From the NCBI GenBank assembly GCA_048128005.1, contig JBEUKZ010000019.1, positions 62,001 through 126,000 on the forward strand: DNA of 64,000 nucleotides, given 5' to 3'. Made by a program: the position numbers and the translations under genes. Every line of letters begins with the position of its first letter. Within the stretch, counting starts at the first letter, position 1. The DNA is from Veleropilina oligotropha (Eukaryota). A model generated the notes under the pieces. That model worked only from the letters and a program-made list of their open reading frames with translations, did not search any database and had not been told where the DNA came from. Shown in pieces: positions 1 through 12,139 of the stretch.

Positions 1-812
1 AGGCCAATGCAAACAAGTGCAAATGAAATCAACATCGATGTGAAGATTACGTGACCGACTGCACGTGCAAAACCTGATTTGGCACTAACGTCATTTGCAC
101 AAGGAATGGATGAGTTTGAGGGGGGTTTGCTAACGTTTTTCTAGCGTCGAAAGATAGGGATCCCATTTCGGATACATAGATGTATCATCAGAGAAAAATT
201 ATTCATTACTTTTTCAAATTACATTTTGTGAAGTTTCTTTTTTGACTCAGTATATATAATCAAAGTTAGATTGCTTTGCTTTAATATTGTCATTATTATC
301 TTGAATAATGATATTAATGAATATTCACATGCATATTAAGATATAATCATGGTTAGATTGTTTTGTATTATTATTGTCATCAAAGGAAAATCTGATGTAT
401 AGTCCAATGAAGCGAAACACCAGTGATGTCAAAATGGCGGACACCAATAAACGATACTACCATAATGAAGACAATGAAGAGGAAATTACGGGTGGCATAA
501 TATTAAAACTTTGTTGAGTTGCTGAAATACAGAATGCGTTTGACCATGTAAAATTATTTTAGAATACGCGGGATATTTCTGAAATATTATTGACTGCTTT
601 ACGATAACGTTAATGATTTTTTGTTAAACATGAACCATGACGCTCGGTTGAACGTATATATATGCAATCAGACGATTTAATGTCTACAGCAACAGGCAGT
701 GGCTGACATCATCAATTGTCCATTTACTTAACTTGGTCACGAAGTCGCATAACTTTTGTGACGAGAACAAACAGATCAAAATAACGTTGGTCGTGATTTA
801 CTGCATATAGCA

Positions 813-2358
813 AACAACAGATGGCATATGTAAGGACAACAGATGGCATATGTAAGAACAACAGATGGCATATGTAAGAACAACAGATGGCATATGTAAG
901 AACAACAGATGGCATATGTAAGAACAACAGATGGCATATGTAAGGACAACAGATGGCATATGTAAGAACAACAGATGGAATATGTAAGAACAACAGATGG
1001 CATATGTAAGAACAACAGATGGCATATGTAAGAACAACAGATGGCATATGTAAGAACAACAGATGGCATATGTAAGAACAACAGATGGCATATGTAAGAA
1101 CAACAGATGGCATATGTAAGAACAACAGATGGCATATGTAAGAACAACAGATGGCATATATAAGGACAACAGATGGCATATATAAGAAAAACAGATGGCA
1201 TATATAAGAACAACAGATGGCATATGTAAGAACAACAGATGGCATATATAAGAACAACAGATGGCATATGTAAGAACAACAGATGGCATATGTAAGAACA
1301 ACAGATGGCATATGTAAGAACAACAGATGGCATATGTAAGAACAACAGATGGCATATGTAAGAACAACAGATGGCATATATAAGAAAAACAGATGGCATA
1401 TATAAGAACAACAGATGGCATATATAAGAACAACAGATGGCATATGTAAGAACAACAGATGGCATATATAAGAACAACAGATGGCATATGTAAGAACAAC
1501 AGATGGCATATGTAAGAACAACAGATGGCATATGTAAGAACAACAGATGGCATATATAAGAACAACAGATGGCATATATAAGAAAAACAGATGGCATATG
1601 TAAGAACAACAGATGGCATATGTAAGAACAACAGATGGCATATGTAAGAACAACAGATGGCATATGTAAGAACAACAGATGGCATATGTAAGAACAACAG
1701 ATGGCATATGTAAGAACAACAGATGGCATATGTAAGAACAACAGATGGCATATGTAAGAACAACAGATGGCATATGTAAGAACAACAGATGGCATATGTA
1801 AGAACAACAGATGGCATATGTAAGAACAACAGATGGCATATGTAAGAACAACAGATGGCATATGTAAGAACAACAGATGGCATATATAAGAACAACAGAT
1901 GGCATATGTAAGAACAACAGATGGTATATGTAAGAACAACATATGGCATATGTAAGAACAACAGATGGCATATGTATGAACAACAGATGGCATATGTAAG
2001 AACAACAGATGGCATATGTACGAACAACAGATGGCATATGTACGAACAACAGATGGCATATGTAAGAACAACAGATGGCATATGTAAGAACAACAGATGG
2101 CATATGTAAGAACAACAGATGGCATATATAAGAACAACAGATGGCATATATAAGAACAACAGATGGCATATGTAAGAACAACAGATGGCATATGTAAGAA
2201 CAACAGATGGCATATGTAAGAACAACAGATGGCATATATAAGAACAACAGATGGTATATGTAAGAACAACAGATGGCATATGTAAGAACAACAGATGGCA
2301 TATGTAAGAACAACAGATGGCATATGTAAGAACAACAGATGGCATATATAAGAACAAC
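813..2358. repeat. 22-bp tandem satellite (AACAACAGATGGCATATGTAAG), about 70 copies
   Basis: Direct reading; near-identical units with few variants (TATATAAG, GGACAAC, AAAAAC). Confidence 0.97.
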
Positions 2359-2615
2359 CATGTTACATTGTTCAGGAACCTCGAGCATGGGAATCAAATT
2401 TACCTATCTTCATTTTCCAACTACATGCAGTGTAGACACGACTAAAACTTATTAAAATATGGTCTCACCTGTGAACAAAGCATTCTCCCATACATTACAG
2501 GACAAAATATTTGATCTATATAAATAGTATAGTTTATAATGTTCATCGTCACCTTTATATTTTAATTTATCATTTTCAGATTGTGAATAGTAACTCTAAG
2601 TTTCTGATTTTAATT

Positions 2616-3550
2616 GGAAGCCTTATTGTTATTGTAAAGATTATTATTAAGGCTTCCGGTGCGAGAGCACGGAAGCCTTATTGTTATTGCAAGGATTATT
2701 ATTATTTATTTGCTGTTTCAGGTAAACAGCAATTATTCTGAAACTACGTAATGCACACAATTCAAATTTGCAGGTATGATAGTGCCATGCGGGGGACAAA
2801 TGTTGATGTGTAAATGGATTTCATTGGTCAAATATTTTGGCGGCCATTTTGATTAATGTTAAAAGCTATTCAAATCTTCTCCTCAAAATCTTCTGATCTG
2901 ATAGTGGTGAAATATTGGAAACCAAATATGTATGTTATGGCGATGACATGGCGCTTATTTTCGTAGCGGTACAGTGCCCAAGATGGCCGCCAGACGAATG
3001 TAAAATTTTGAAATAAGGGGGTTAATTTTTTATTTCGTCAAATCCAAATAATTGTATAATTTCGGTATGCAAAATGTAGTTCTGATGAAATTATAATATC
3101 AGCAAAACAAATAAGAAAAAAATGTGAAATGTGAATGTTAGAAGCATTTTAAAAATCAATCGAAATATTTTGTAACAATGGACCGTAATCCGGTAATCAC
3201 TCACACCAGACATCTTAAATTTTGACAAGGGACAGAGTGGGACATTATCAACAACTTTGTCGCGTGATTTTAAGTGTTAGTTAATATTTAAAGCAATAAG
3301 TTTTGCTCCGTAGTTAATTTATTTGAGAGGTTGTGACTTTTCGAATAAATCATTTGTTTACATAACATCGAGTCGCATAATTTAAACTGATAAGAAAGCA
3401 CACTATGATCTACCATTCCTGAAAATTTCATGCATATCCATGAAGAAATCATTGATTTATTGCGAGTTAAGTTTTGTCGACCTCTGTGTATTTTGTTGAA
3501 ATTGACAAATTTCACAATTGTATTAAATTCGATTTAAGTACGACAAATCA
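2616..3550 (+). mobile_element. Possible non-autonomous Helentron/HINE-like repeat; boundaries approximate
   Basis: Subterminal hairpin TAAGGCTTCCG-GTGCGAGAGCA-CGGAAGCCTTA (2648-2680) followed by TTGTTATTG and (TTA)n, duplicated head at 2616, GGCGGCCATTTT motif. Resemblance only. Confidence 0.35.
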
Positions 3551-3574
3551 ACGACAATTCTCGCAGTTCTTTTC

Positions 3575-3640
3575 TGGCCGAATGGGTATCGTGCACGGCT
3601 TATGAACTAGCAAAACCAGACGATAAGGGTTCGAATCCTG
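3575..3640 (+). promoter_or_regulatory. tRNA-derived Pol III A/B-box remnant (SINE-like head)
   Basis: A box TGGCCGAATGG at 3575; B box GGTTCGAATCC at 3628; no full cloverleaf. Confidence 0.4.
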
Positions 3641-4843
3641 TATTATTTTATTTTTTCAAGTTATTATATCTAATATATCGTTGTCATATAATATCTATAT
3701 ATGTAACACATTATAATTTGAGACATCAAATGCGACGTGTTTAATGTTGTAAAATGATTGCAATGTTCCACTGGAGCATGGGGATTGGATATTCCGCGCG
3801 ATATTACGATATTATTTAATGTATTTGTGTTGACCATTTAACTACCGGAGATTTTCGACGAATCCCGAAAGGTTTATGATTTAGGAAATCGACATCCTTG
3901 ATTAATCCGTGAGTTTATGGTGTGTGACTTGCGATTTAGGAGCATAAAATTGTGTGTCGAACGATTCGGTTATAAGCGTCAATAACTTGAATAAGCTGCA
4001 GGTGAGATTCTGCTTTATTTTATATTAGATTAATTGTATTTGTAGCATTGTAGATTATTTCAGTCACGTATTGTCGAGAATTGTAGACTTTGATGTGTAT
4101 ACCGTATACGTTAACGTATGGACTGTTAATAATAGAGAGGTTTTGCAAATTTTCCGTTTACATGTACCTGTAACGTGAACAGGGTCAATTAGCTGGGCGT
4201 CCGTTGGCAACCAGTTACACGTTCACGTTAGCGTTTTAATCGGTTTTGGGTTTCGCAGATCGACCTGATATGAGGTATATTTATAACGACTCCAGAAGGA
4301 AATGCATAGTCATTTGTCAATATAAATATGTACATGTACCCGATCATATTATTAAGACTATTATAATTTACAAAATTATTTAATTATCATGATTGTGACG
4401 ATGTAGCAATAGCTGATTTTGTATTTTATCATTACATCAGTGATGGTCAATCACTGATCAAATGACAAAATAAATCATTGTTATGAGAGTCTTCTACACG
4501 CCTCTCGTGCACACGTAGCCTTGAAATCCACTTTCACAGAGCGAATGTGAACGTGGACCTACGGTGTTTGGGTAATATGCAAATTTCACCGTGATGTAAT
4601 CATTGTTTTCTATCTGAACTCATTGACCAGATATAGAACTGTGTCAGTTGATGTTCACGGGATAAAAGCAACCTGTACGTCGTTGTATTCACGTATGCCT
4701 ACTCCTCAGAACATGTAACACGTCGGCATTAGCAAAACGTATAAAGCACTCACGAATACACATAAATATACGTACGTGTCTTTAGTTATGTTTAAATATA
4801 TATCAAATATTAGAGTTGTGCATTTGCAAATATCGAATAATAT

Positions 4844-4904
4844 AGCAGCAGGGGGGGTCAGTAGACTTTTTAGAATGGGAAAATAAGGCTCCCAGCACCC
4901 GTTC
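4844..4904 (+). repeat. E1 left TIR (AGCAGCAGGGGGGGTCAGTAGACTTTTTAGAATGGG...)
   Basis: Reverse complement of 20485-20545. Confidence 0.95.
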
Positions 4905-5091
4905 CGAGCCTAGGGTAGCTTAGAGTAGGGATGAATGCACCTTTTCCGACCCAACGTAGACTATATAGAGCCCCCAGGGACGGCCCACTACCCTCGCCGG
5001 CCCGGGCTCCTCAGTTATGCGAGCAGTAGCAGGGGGGGTGATTGGACTTTTTAGAATGGCAAAATAGCAGCCCGGCGAAGGCTACAGGACA

Positions 5092-5394
5092 TCACTGAGG
5101 GCCCGCCGGCGTTTGATTTCGTACAACTCCCTTTCTACCGTCTTTGGTCTTCTTCTTATATATCGCTTGTTCACCATCGTCGAGTACAACGATCAAAACG
5201 TTATAGCCCCGGTTTAAGAGGTTTTTAACGCGCCTGGAGCTCCGTTCGCCGTACAGCGTAGGAATGTCTTCCTGCGGCATGTTGCTTTCAAGTATAACTA
5301 CACAACGTCTAACATGCCGGCTGTTTAGATAAATATGTAATTCCCGCTGGCGAGCGTACAGTTGCATGGCGAATGCTGTCCTATCTGACTCCAC
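5092..5394 (-). CDS. Small terminal ORF (RHVRRCVVILESNMPQEDI... family), start uncertain
   Basis: Core shared with ORF 30437-30787 of E2; N-termini unrelated. Confidence 0.35.
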   Translation of the reverse strand: MESDRTAFAMQLYARQRELHIYLNSRHVRRCVVILESNMPQEDIPTLYGERSSRRVKNLLNRGYNVLIVVLDDGEQAIYKKKTKDGRKGVVRNQTPAGPQ

Positions 5395-5750
5395 GAACCC
5401 CCGCAGCCGGTAGATAACATAGAGAAGTAATGCCCGCGTTTACCACGGCATAAGGACGGCTCAGCGCATTCGATGCAGACCACAGTATTTGGGTCGGGGG
5501 GAGCCCCCACCCCACACTCATTCTCTCCGATAACATAGTAGTGACACGACGGTGGGGCGACATCAGGGGGGTCTCCCAGGCGTAGTAGCAAGTTTCTTCG
5601 CAAGGGGTCGTGCCTTATATTGTACCGGGGGTGATTTCGGTACCTAGCCCACGTATGTTCGAGAATTAATGCAGTGTTGAGCGTGGGGTGGGTGGAGACA
5701 CCCCCTAGCCAGCACACCGCGGCAATGCACAAAAGTAGCATGGATTTCAT
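5325..5750 (-). CDS. Secreted Cys-rich protein (141 aa)
   Basis: Signal-peptide-like MKSMLLLCIAAVCWLGGVST; 8 Cys conserved with E2 44463-44894. Confidence 0.75.
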   Translation of the reverse strand: MKSMLLLCIAAVCWLGGVSTHPTLNTALILEHTWARYRNHPRYNIRHDPLRRNLLLRLGDPPDVAPPSCHYYVIGENECGVGAPPDPNTVVCIECAEPSLCRGKRGHYFSMLSTGCGGSWSQIGQHSPCNCTLASGNYIFI

Positions 5751-5832
5751 GGTTGTCCAGATATCACTGTCGAGTTCTAGCTTTAATACGGGGGAGGGGG
5801 GTCCCCACCCACCCCACGCTCAACCTGGATGG

Positions 5833-6465
5833 TTAGTCGCCAGCCCCGATTTTTTTCAGTAGCTCGGCGCGACCCTCTTTACGACCACGCTCAATAAGCT
5901 CGCTTTGGGTCTGTGAAATCGCGGTGTGCGCCTTCCTACTCTTATCCCGGATTGATGCCTTCATGGCTTGGTATTTCTCCATCTCCCCTGTGACCAGTTG
6001 GAATACATCATCAGACATCACCCCATCTGATAAGGCCTTTGAGACGTGGTCGGTTATGGTATTCAGCTTGCTGTCGGCCAGGACTCGAATCTCGTCGTGT
6101 TTCTTAGCCTTCACCCCGAGGCGCCGGCTGATATATTTCCCACCCATACTGGCGAGCCCACACCCTAATGCCGCTAATTCCAGCACTAGGACGACCGGGG
6201 CAGCTACGATCGTGGAAAGTAGACCAATTCCAGCGCTACCCATACCAAGTGTGGCGACGACTAGCCCGTTATCTATCCCGTCAACGACGTTAACACCTCG
6301 TCGGTACTTTTTATATAATGCAGCCCGTGTGTCCCTCTCTCGTTCTAATTGTCCCTGAAGCTCATTCACTTTCTGTAGTCGGAAGGACTGTGCCTCATGC
6401 AGTTCCGAAATCCCATCGCCACCAAGCTGTGGGTACAGCATTGGCGCTGAGGGTGTGTTGTCCAT
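5833..6465 (-). CDS. Helical protein with central hydrophobic hairpin (210 aa), possible membrane-active virion protein
   Basis: Intact ORF conserved in E2; coiled-coil, Gly/Ala-rich hydrophobic region, coiled-coil. Confidence 0.75.
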   Translation of the reverse strand: MDNTPSAPMLYPQLGGDGISELHEAQSFRLQKVNELQGQLERERDTRAALYKKYRRGVNVVDGIDNGLVVATLGMGSAGIGLLSTIVAAPVVLVLELAALGCGLASMGGKYISRRLGVKAKKHDEIRVLADSKLNTITDHVSKALSDGVMSDDVFQLVTGEMEKYQAMKASIRDKSRKAHTAISQTQSELIERGRKEGRAELLKKIGAGD

Positions 6466-6828
6466 CTATACGTGGCTGTATTGTTCCGGCGGTTGATTCC
6501 CCTTGTCTGCCGTAACGTTCAAATACAGAGTGCCGACCCACGGGGCCTTGATGGCAAAGGCGAGGGTCAACCAGTCCGAATTCAGGCCAAGCTTACTGAT
6601 GGAACATGCTTTGGGGCCCCCGGCCGGCTGGACCGGCGTCAGGTGGATCATTAGAAGGGCTGGGTTCAACCCGAACCGACCTCTAGTGTTTGGAAACATG
6701 AACTCCCTCCTCGCCAGCCCCTTATTGGGCGCTACCCCACAATTAAGGACAAAGTGCCACCGGGTCGGGGGGGAAGAGGGCTCATCTGCAAGCAGGGGTA
6801 GGGGGAGGGTCCCGTAGATGCTGCTCAT
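6466..6828 (-). CDS. Hypothetical beta-rich protein (120 aa)
   Basis: Conserved in E2 43386-43748; ATGA overlap with upstream gene. Confidence 0.65.
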   Translation of the reverse strand: MSSIYGTLPLPLLADEPSSPPTRWHFVLNCGVAPNKGLARREFMFPNTRGRFGLNPALLMIHLTPVQPAGGPKACSISKLGLNSDWLTLAFAIKAPWVGTLYLNVTADKGNQPPEQYSHV

Positions 6829-7565
6829 TGTATCGCAAGGACTGCGGTAATGGGCATGCCGTGATTGTCGATCGGGTTACTGTCTGCGTCTGTGACGTAC
6901 ACCTTCAACTCTGTGATTAGCCCGGCCTGTAGTCGCCGGCCGGCGGGATAGCTATGATAGTGGCCAGCTTCACCGAACATCTGCGACGTGATAGGGACCA
7001 CCGCGAGAATAGTGCTCGGGGCGCCGTCCTTCACATTGTGCGTTGTACTGAGCTGCTCCAGGTGAACGTGTAGGGTTGGCGCTATGGCAAACCCGACAGG
7101 CTTATTCCCGTCATAAGTCCCAGGGCGTAGCCACTCGGATCTCTCCGGAGGGGGAGGTGGTTGGCCCTGTACTCCCCGAACCGGTTGGTTCAGATTCCCT
7201 GCTTTATCGAGAATAAACGAAGAGAGGTCTAAGCCGAGGAGTTTTCGTATATCGTCGCTTATCGCGAGTCGAGTCCCCTCTGGGACCACGATTCGGGCGA
7301 GCCCTGTAGCATGGCTTACATCTAGTTGTAGGTTAACTAGCGACCTCTTCATCGTCTTGGCGAGGTCATCGAAGCTGTAGAAACCTGGTGCCACGTCGAC
7401 CGTGGTATCGGGGGTCTTAAAGAAGGCTCCGGCATGCACGTTGTGCCAGCCTACCCAATAGTCGAGCGACTGCAAGCTGACACATAGCTTGCCGTCCCGG
7501 TTATCAATCGGCTCCAGGAGGGCAACCGCGGTCCCCTCTTGAACGTTTGTTAATGTGTGGAACAT
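6825..7565 (-). CDS. Putative minor capsid (penton-like single jelly-roll) protein (246 aa)
   Basis: Same translation as E2 42649-43389; PGFYS motif and C-terminal STILAVVP...ITELKVYVTDADSNPIDNHG resemble Polinton minor capsid proteins. Confidence 0.6.
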   Translation of the reverse strand: MFHTLTNVQEGTAVALLEPIDNRDGKLCVSLQSLDYWVGWHNVHAGAFFKTPDTTVDVAPGFYSFDDLAKTMKRSLVNLQLDVSHATGLARIVVPEGTRLAISDDIRKLLGLDLSSFILDKAGNLNQPVRGVQGQPPPPPERSEWLRPGTYDGNKPVGFAIAPTLHVHLEQLSTTHNVKDGAPSTILAVVPITSQMFGEAGHYHSYPAGRRLQAGLITELKVYVTDADSNPIDNHGMPITAVLAIQ

Positions 7566-7572
7566 AGTAGCT

Positions 7573-8865
7573 ATGGCTAAGAGCGCATTTGTGTTCAATA
7601 GGAGTGCGGCCTATCCGACCGGTGTGGTGTACCCAGCAAAGATCAAAGATGAGCAGCTTACGAGACCAAGCATCAATGTGGGTAATAGCTCAACCACTGC
7701 ATTCGGGGCAGACTACCCCGACGTATTTCAAAAGTATCGCCTCCCTCACGTCGCTAGTGACGGGCTGATAAGGGCTTGGCACAGCACACCGATGCGGTTC
7801 TGGCAGAACAAGGTCAACTTCGCAGTATGGTGTGCCACAACAGGTTCCGGGATCTCCTCAGAAGACCACTTGAATGCTACTGCAGCCCTCTCCACTGCTG
7901 TATTCACCTTCCACGTCTACTATCAGGTCAGAAGGATCTTGACCGAGATTCAGGCGCCGCTGCCACAAGACCGGACGTGGGATGCATTCGACACCCCGTA
8001 TGACCGAAGGGCATATGAAAAGATCTGCAGCGAATTCGGAGTGTCCCCACATACCGACTGGCGTGTCAAGGGTCCCAACGGCGGACTAGGCACCGCTTAC
8101 AGCTACTGGACGAACAACGGCTACCACCCCATCGGACGTGAGTATGATCCAAGCCGAATGTCCTTCACCAAAGGTACGACCAACACGAATCTGCACGTGG
8201 ACTACATCGCGCAAGCGCCTGCGCTTAAAAACGGTTGGGCTACTTTTATTCTGGACAGGTCGGTGGGATTCACGAGGGCCGGCGTGGAAAGGCTCAATGA
8301 TTCCATCAGGACCTACGTCTGGGCTATTCTTGGAGCGCAGGCTCAAACGCGTGCAAGTATTCTGGGTAGTGGGACGGCATTTGACGCACAGAAACAGTTC
8401 CTGGCGAACGTGGAAGACGCCATCGCATCCCCCGTTGACCTCCCTGCTGCGATCCAACGGTACCAGGACGTTTTGCAGTATGCCAGGTCTACAGTAGACT
8501 TCGTATTCGGCGTCGGCCTTTACATGGCGCCAAGTGACATGCTCCTTCGGATCGGGCAGGTGGCTGGTTATAACAATGAGATCGTCGTTGCCACGGAAGC
8601 CCAGACCCTAGGTCTTAATACTACGGTGAACGCGGCCAATCCTGTGCCGCTCAACGCCACTGGGGAGACTGGAGAAACAGGATTGGTCATCCCACAAGAC
8701 GCCGTCTTACCCGCAGATGCGGTCACTCCGAAGCATCGTGGCTCTCTGCCGGCTGTGGCCCCAGTGGCAGCTGTTTCAGCTGGGGCAACCAAACATGACG
8801 AGGATAAAACCGCACTTATCGTGGGCGGCATTGTCGTTGGCCTAGCGTTCATTTGGCTTACGTGA
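7573..8865 (+). CDS. Conserved 430-aa protein with C-terminal membrane anchor
   Basis: Present in all three copies; ends TALIVGGIVVGLAFIWLT. Confidence 0.8.
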   Translation: MAKSAFVFNRSAAYPTGVVYPAKIKDEQLTRPSINVGNSSTTAFGADYPDVFQKYRLPHVASDGLIRAWHSTPMRFWQNKVNFAVWCATTGSGISSEDHLNATAALSTAVFTFHVYYQVRRILTEIQAPLPQDRTWDAFDTPYDRRAYEKICSEFGVSPHTDWRVKGPNGGLGTAYSYWTNNGYHPIGREYDPSRMSFTKGTTNTNLHVDYIAQAPALKNGWATFILDRSVGFTRAGVERLNDSIRTYVWAILGAQAQTRASILGSGTAFDAQKQFLANVEDAIASPVDLPAAIQRYQDVLQYARSTVDFVFGVGLYMAPSDMLLRIGQVAGYNNEIVVATEAQTLGLNTTVNAANPVPLNATGETGETGLVIPQDAVLPADAVTPKHRGSLPAVAPVAAVSAGATKHDEDKTALIVGGIVVGLAFIWLT

Positions 8866-10169
8866 CCCACTGTCTAGCGGCAATAAGAAGCAAGCCCCCA
8901 ACTGATATGACCAGTGCCCATAGGTTTTCAGCGAGCCACGATGCTGTCTTGCCAATCAGGTTGATTAGCCAGGAGACCAGGCTTCCAAGTATTCCTGGGA
9001 GCGCGGCTGCGGCCTTCCCTGCTAGTTTGCCTAGAATCCTTCCCAAGTTCTGCAGCTGCTTTTTGACCCACTCCTTGACCCCCCCTGACCACTGGGAGGT
9101 GGTGGTGGCGTTGGCGGGCTTGTTGCTCCACCTGTCAGGGCTAGTACCAAAGTCGAGATGGCGAGCCCGATAGCGGTCAGTATTGTTGCGATCGTAACCC
9201 CTTGCTCGCGGAACAGGGTCCGGATACGCTCGGCCAGCGTTGTGTCGGTGTTCAGGATCCGACTTATCATCTCTCGGATCCGGCTGATTTGAGAGCGAAG
9301 GGCCTCCCGGCTTGATGATGCTGCCTCTAGGCGAGCTGCTCTTTCATCATTCAGGTCGCGCAGACGTTCCGCGATCCGTCGACGGATGAACTCATCCACA
9401 CCGCCCTCTTCATCTGCCTGATCGAGCTTCATCTTCTCCAGCTCTATGTGTTCGTCCAGCGCCGTTAGTTTGGCTAGATTGTTGGTTAGTTCGCCTCGGA
9501 TGGTCTGCATCGCCTTGTCAAGTCCGCGAAGCTCGCGAAGATTTAATGGCGGGTCCCCCATTGTGCCTAAGATCTCTTCAACCTCGGTATCAGTGAATTT
9601 CGTCTCCATCGTGTGGATTGCTACCGAGGCATCAGTAGCAGTCTGCCCCAAGTCCCGCAGTTCTACGTTTTCGACATTAGCGGCCGCACCGCTCAACTCG
9701 TTGTCGGCTGTCTGAAGAGCTGCAACCGCTTTTGAGGACGGCTTTTGTCCCCCCCGCGTCCAGTGTACAAACCCCAACCCTTCACGGATTGCATCACCCC
9801 CACCAGGCCGGCCAGCTATTGTTGACAACGCCAAGGGGTTGCCGGTGCGAGAATTTATGAGATTGATGTCGGGGTAGTCCGTCATCACCAATTTCCCCCC
9901 CTCCCTAATTTTCCCCTCACATACTTGAATTTTGAATAATCTCGCCCTGCCGCGGGGGTCTGCCCCTCCTGTGCCAGGGCTTTGTAGTAGTCGTCAACTA
10001 CGCCCTGAACGAGCTCTTGCTGAAGATTGCTGGTTCCTTCCTGTGGCCGTTCCGAAAGAACAGGCATAAACCGGTCGGTGGATAGATCCACATCAGTATC
10101 GTCGATGATGGTATCATCGTTGTCGATGAGATCGTCCGGCTCGAATGCGGGGTTCTCGAATTCCGCCAT
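8858..10169 (-). pseudogene. Coiled-coil/C-terminal multi-TM protein, two frameshifts
   Basis: Three ORF pieces (9885-10169, 9031-9891, 8858-9046) join to match intact E3 61714-63015; both shifts lie in G homopolymers. Confidence 0.8.
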
Positions 10170-10205
10170 TTGAATACATCAGTGGGATACGCATCTAATT
10201 CAGCC

Positions 10206-11494
10206 ATGACTAGCGTGTACGGACGCAAGCTTAATCCATACCGCAGACTGCGTGAGCCCCTCGCGGTCAAGGGTATTCGCCAGTCGGTGACCATAACAAA
10301 CAATCCATCAACGATTTCCGCCAACCAGCAGCTCCTGGTTCGATTCCCTAATCTCGGGGCGAATGACGTGATCGTTCCAGGGACTGCCCACCTCGCATTT
10401 ACCATCTCTCTGACCTCGGTAAATGCGAATAGGACTGTAGTGCAAAATATCGGCCGTGCCGTGATCAGAAAGACCACGATAAAGATAAGTGGAAACGAGA
10501 TCATGTCGATTGACGACTCCGACGTGTACCACTGCTACTGCGATCTCTGGAAGACCACAGGGGAGCGCAAGAACGCCCAGTACCAGGGGATTGATACCAG
10601 CGATGGACACAACACTACGAAGCATCGTGTTGGTGCGGCAGACGCCTTTAGACTGTCTGAGGATGTCGCGGTCGCGGCCGCGTACGGTAACCGATTCCGC
10701 ATCCCGCTGGATTTCGAGCTGTTGGAAAGTCACATGCCATTCTATCAAAGCGCCCTTGGAGACCGTCTCGAGTATGAGCTAACGTTCAACGACTACTCCC
10801 GGACTATCCGGGAGACGGACGACTCCGGTTCCAGCTATTCCATCGACAATATATCCCTCGAATATGACATGGTAACCCAATCCGAGCTTGCCAGACGGAT
10901 TCGAAATCAATACCAGGGTCAACTCGTAATCCTGTACGACCGTGTTCTCCGGCATCGGAAGCTCACCCTAGACAAGAGCGACTCGTTGTGGAATATGAAT
11001 GTGAACGTACCGGCGAGGTCGATGAAAGGAATACTACTGTTGTTCGAGGACCCTGCGAGAGACGCCGCGCCATTCTCTCGCGATACTGAGGCCTTCTATA
11101 ATCCGAAGATCACAAAGGTCGAGGTCACAATCGAGGGTGTCCCGAATCAAATCTACAGCCAGGGCATGCGAACATACCAGATCTGGGAAGAAGCCAAGAA
11201 AATGTTCGCCTCCGGCAGCAGTAAGCGGCATCCTGAGGTCGCGATGGTCGCAAAGGACTTGGAGATGGCAGACGTCACCCTGGGCGAATTTCTGACTAAG
11301 AAATTTGCGCTCTGGATCGATATGCGGGTAACTGACGACGATCAGGCCGGAGGGTCGAGAACGCCAGCGAAGGCATTACTATTCAGATCACTAAAACAGC
11401 CGAAGCGGCCGGTCCACTGAACGTCTACGAGTTCGTGATCATGGACGCACAGCTGAATATCGAGAATGGCCGATTCGTCGAAGCACTGTACTAA
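10206..11494 (+). pseudogene. Putative major capsid protein (double jelly-roll type), C-terminus frameshifted
   Basis: Near-identical to E2 MCP except a 13-bp deletion (TTGCACGGGTCAG) at about 11345 between TCAG repeats. Confidence 0.7.
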
Positions 11495-12098
11495 ACGATT
11501 TCCGCACACCAAGGACCCCCACTCCGCAATCATCTGCGGCCAGACCGGTTGTGGTAAGACGGTTTTCATGCTTGAACTGCTGGAGGGGGAGTATCGAGGC
11601 GTCTTCCGGCATATCGTGGTCCTCTGCCCCACGATCAAGTACAACAAAGCATACCAGTCTTGTCCGTGGATCTGGACCGACCCTGAGGTGTATTTGATCC
11701 CCCCGGGTGAGCGACTCCATGACTGGCTGCGGGGGTTCTACCGGCTGTTTCAGGGGGAGTCGACTCTGTACATAATCGACGACTGCGCCGCCAGCAAAGC
11801 TATGGCAAAAAAACGGGACATGCTGACTTTGTTGGCCTTCAGCGGCAGGCATGCCGAACAGAGCGTATGGGTAGTGACGCAAAAGTACAACTCGGTCTTG
11901 AAGGAGCTCAGAGAGCAGACCCGCTGGGTCGCGCTGTTCCATTGCAAGGACCGCGACAGTTTCGAGGACTGTCTGCGCGAGAACGATGTAATCCCGTCGC
12001 AGGATGAACGGACCGAGGTTCGCCGGCTGTTGGCCGAGACACGACACGCTAAGCTTCTGTTGAAAACTGATCAGCCCGTTGCTTATAGTGTGCTATAG
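11466..12098 (+). CDS. A32/FtsK-like DNA packaging ATPase
   Basis: Walker A GQTGCGKT, Walker B YIIDD, SGRH and VVTQ motifs. Confidence 0.9.
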   Translation: MADSSKHCTKRFPHTKDPHSAIICGQTGCGKTVFMLELLEGEYRGVFRHIVVLCPTIKYNKAYQSCPWIWTDPEVYLIPPGERLHDWLRGFYRLFQGESTLYIIDDCAASKAMAKKRDMLTLLAFSGRHAEQSVWVVTQKYNSVLKELREQTRWVALFHCKDRDSFEDCLRENDVIPSQDERTEVRRLLAETRHAKLLLKTDQPVAYSVL

Positions 12099-12139
12099 CT
12101 ACCCAGCAGATGCTAAGTAGCTGCCCAGCAAGCTCTCGC

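Noticed and set aside
813..2358. CRISPR-like array
   Set aside because: Units are head-to-tail with no unique spacers; no cas genes; eukaryotic context.
724..2397. Three 519-557 aa Cys-rich ORFs on the minus strand
   Set aside because: Artefact of a 22-bp satellite with no stop codon on that strand; all three frames give the same repeating peptide.
4132..4745. Possible degenerate MITE (GTTTTGCAAAT / TTAGCAAAAC ends)
   Set aside because: Inverted match too short and imperfect; no TSD.
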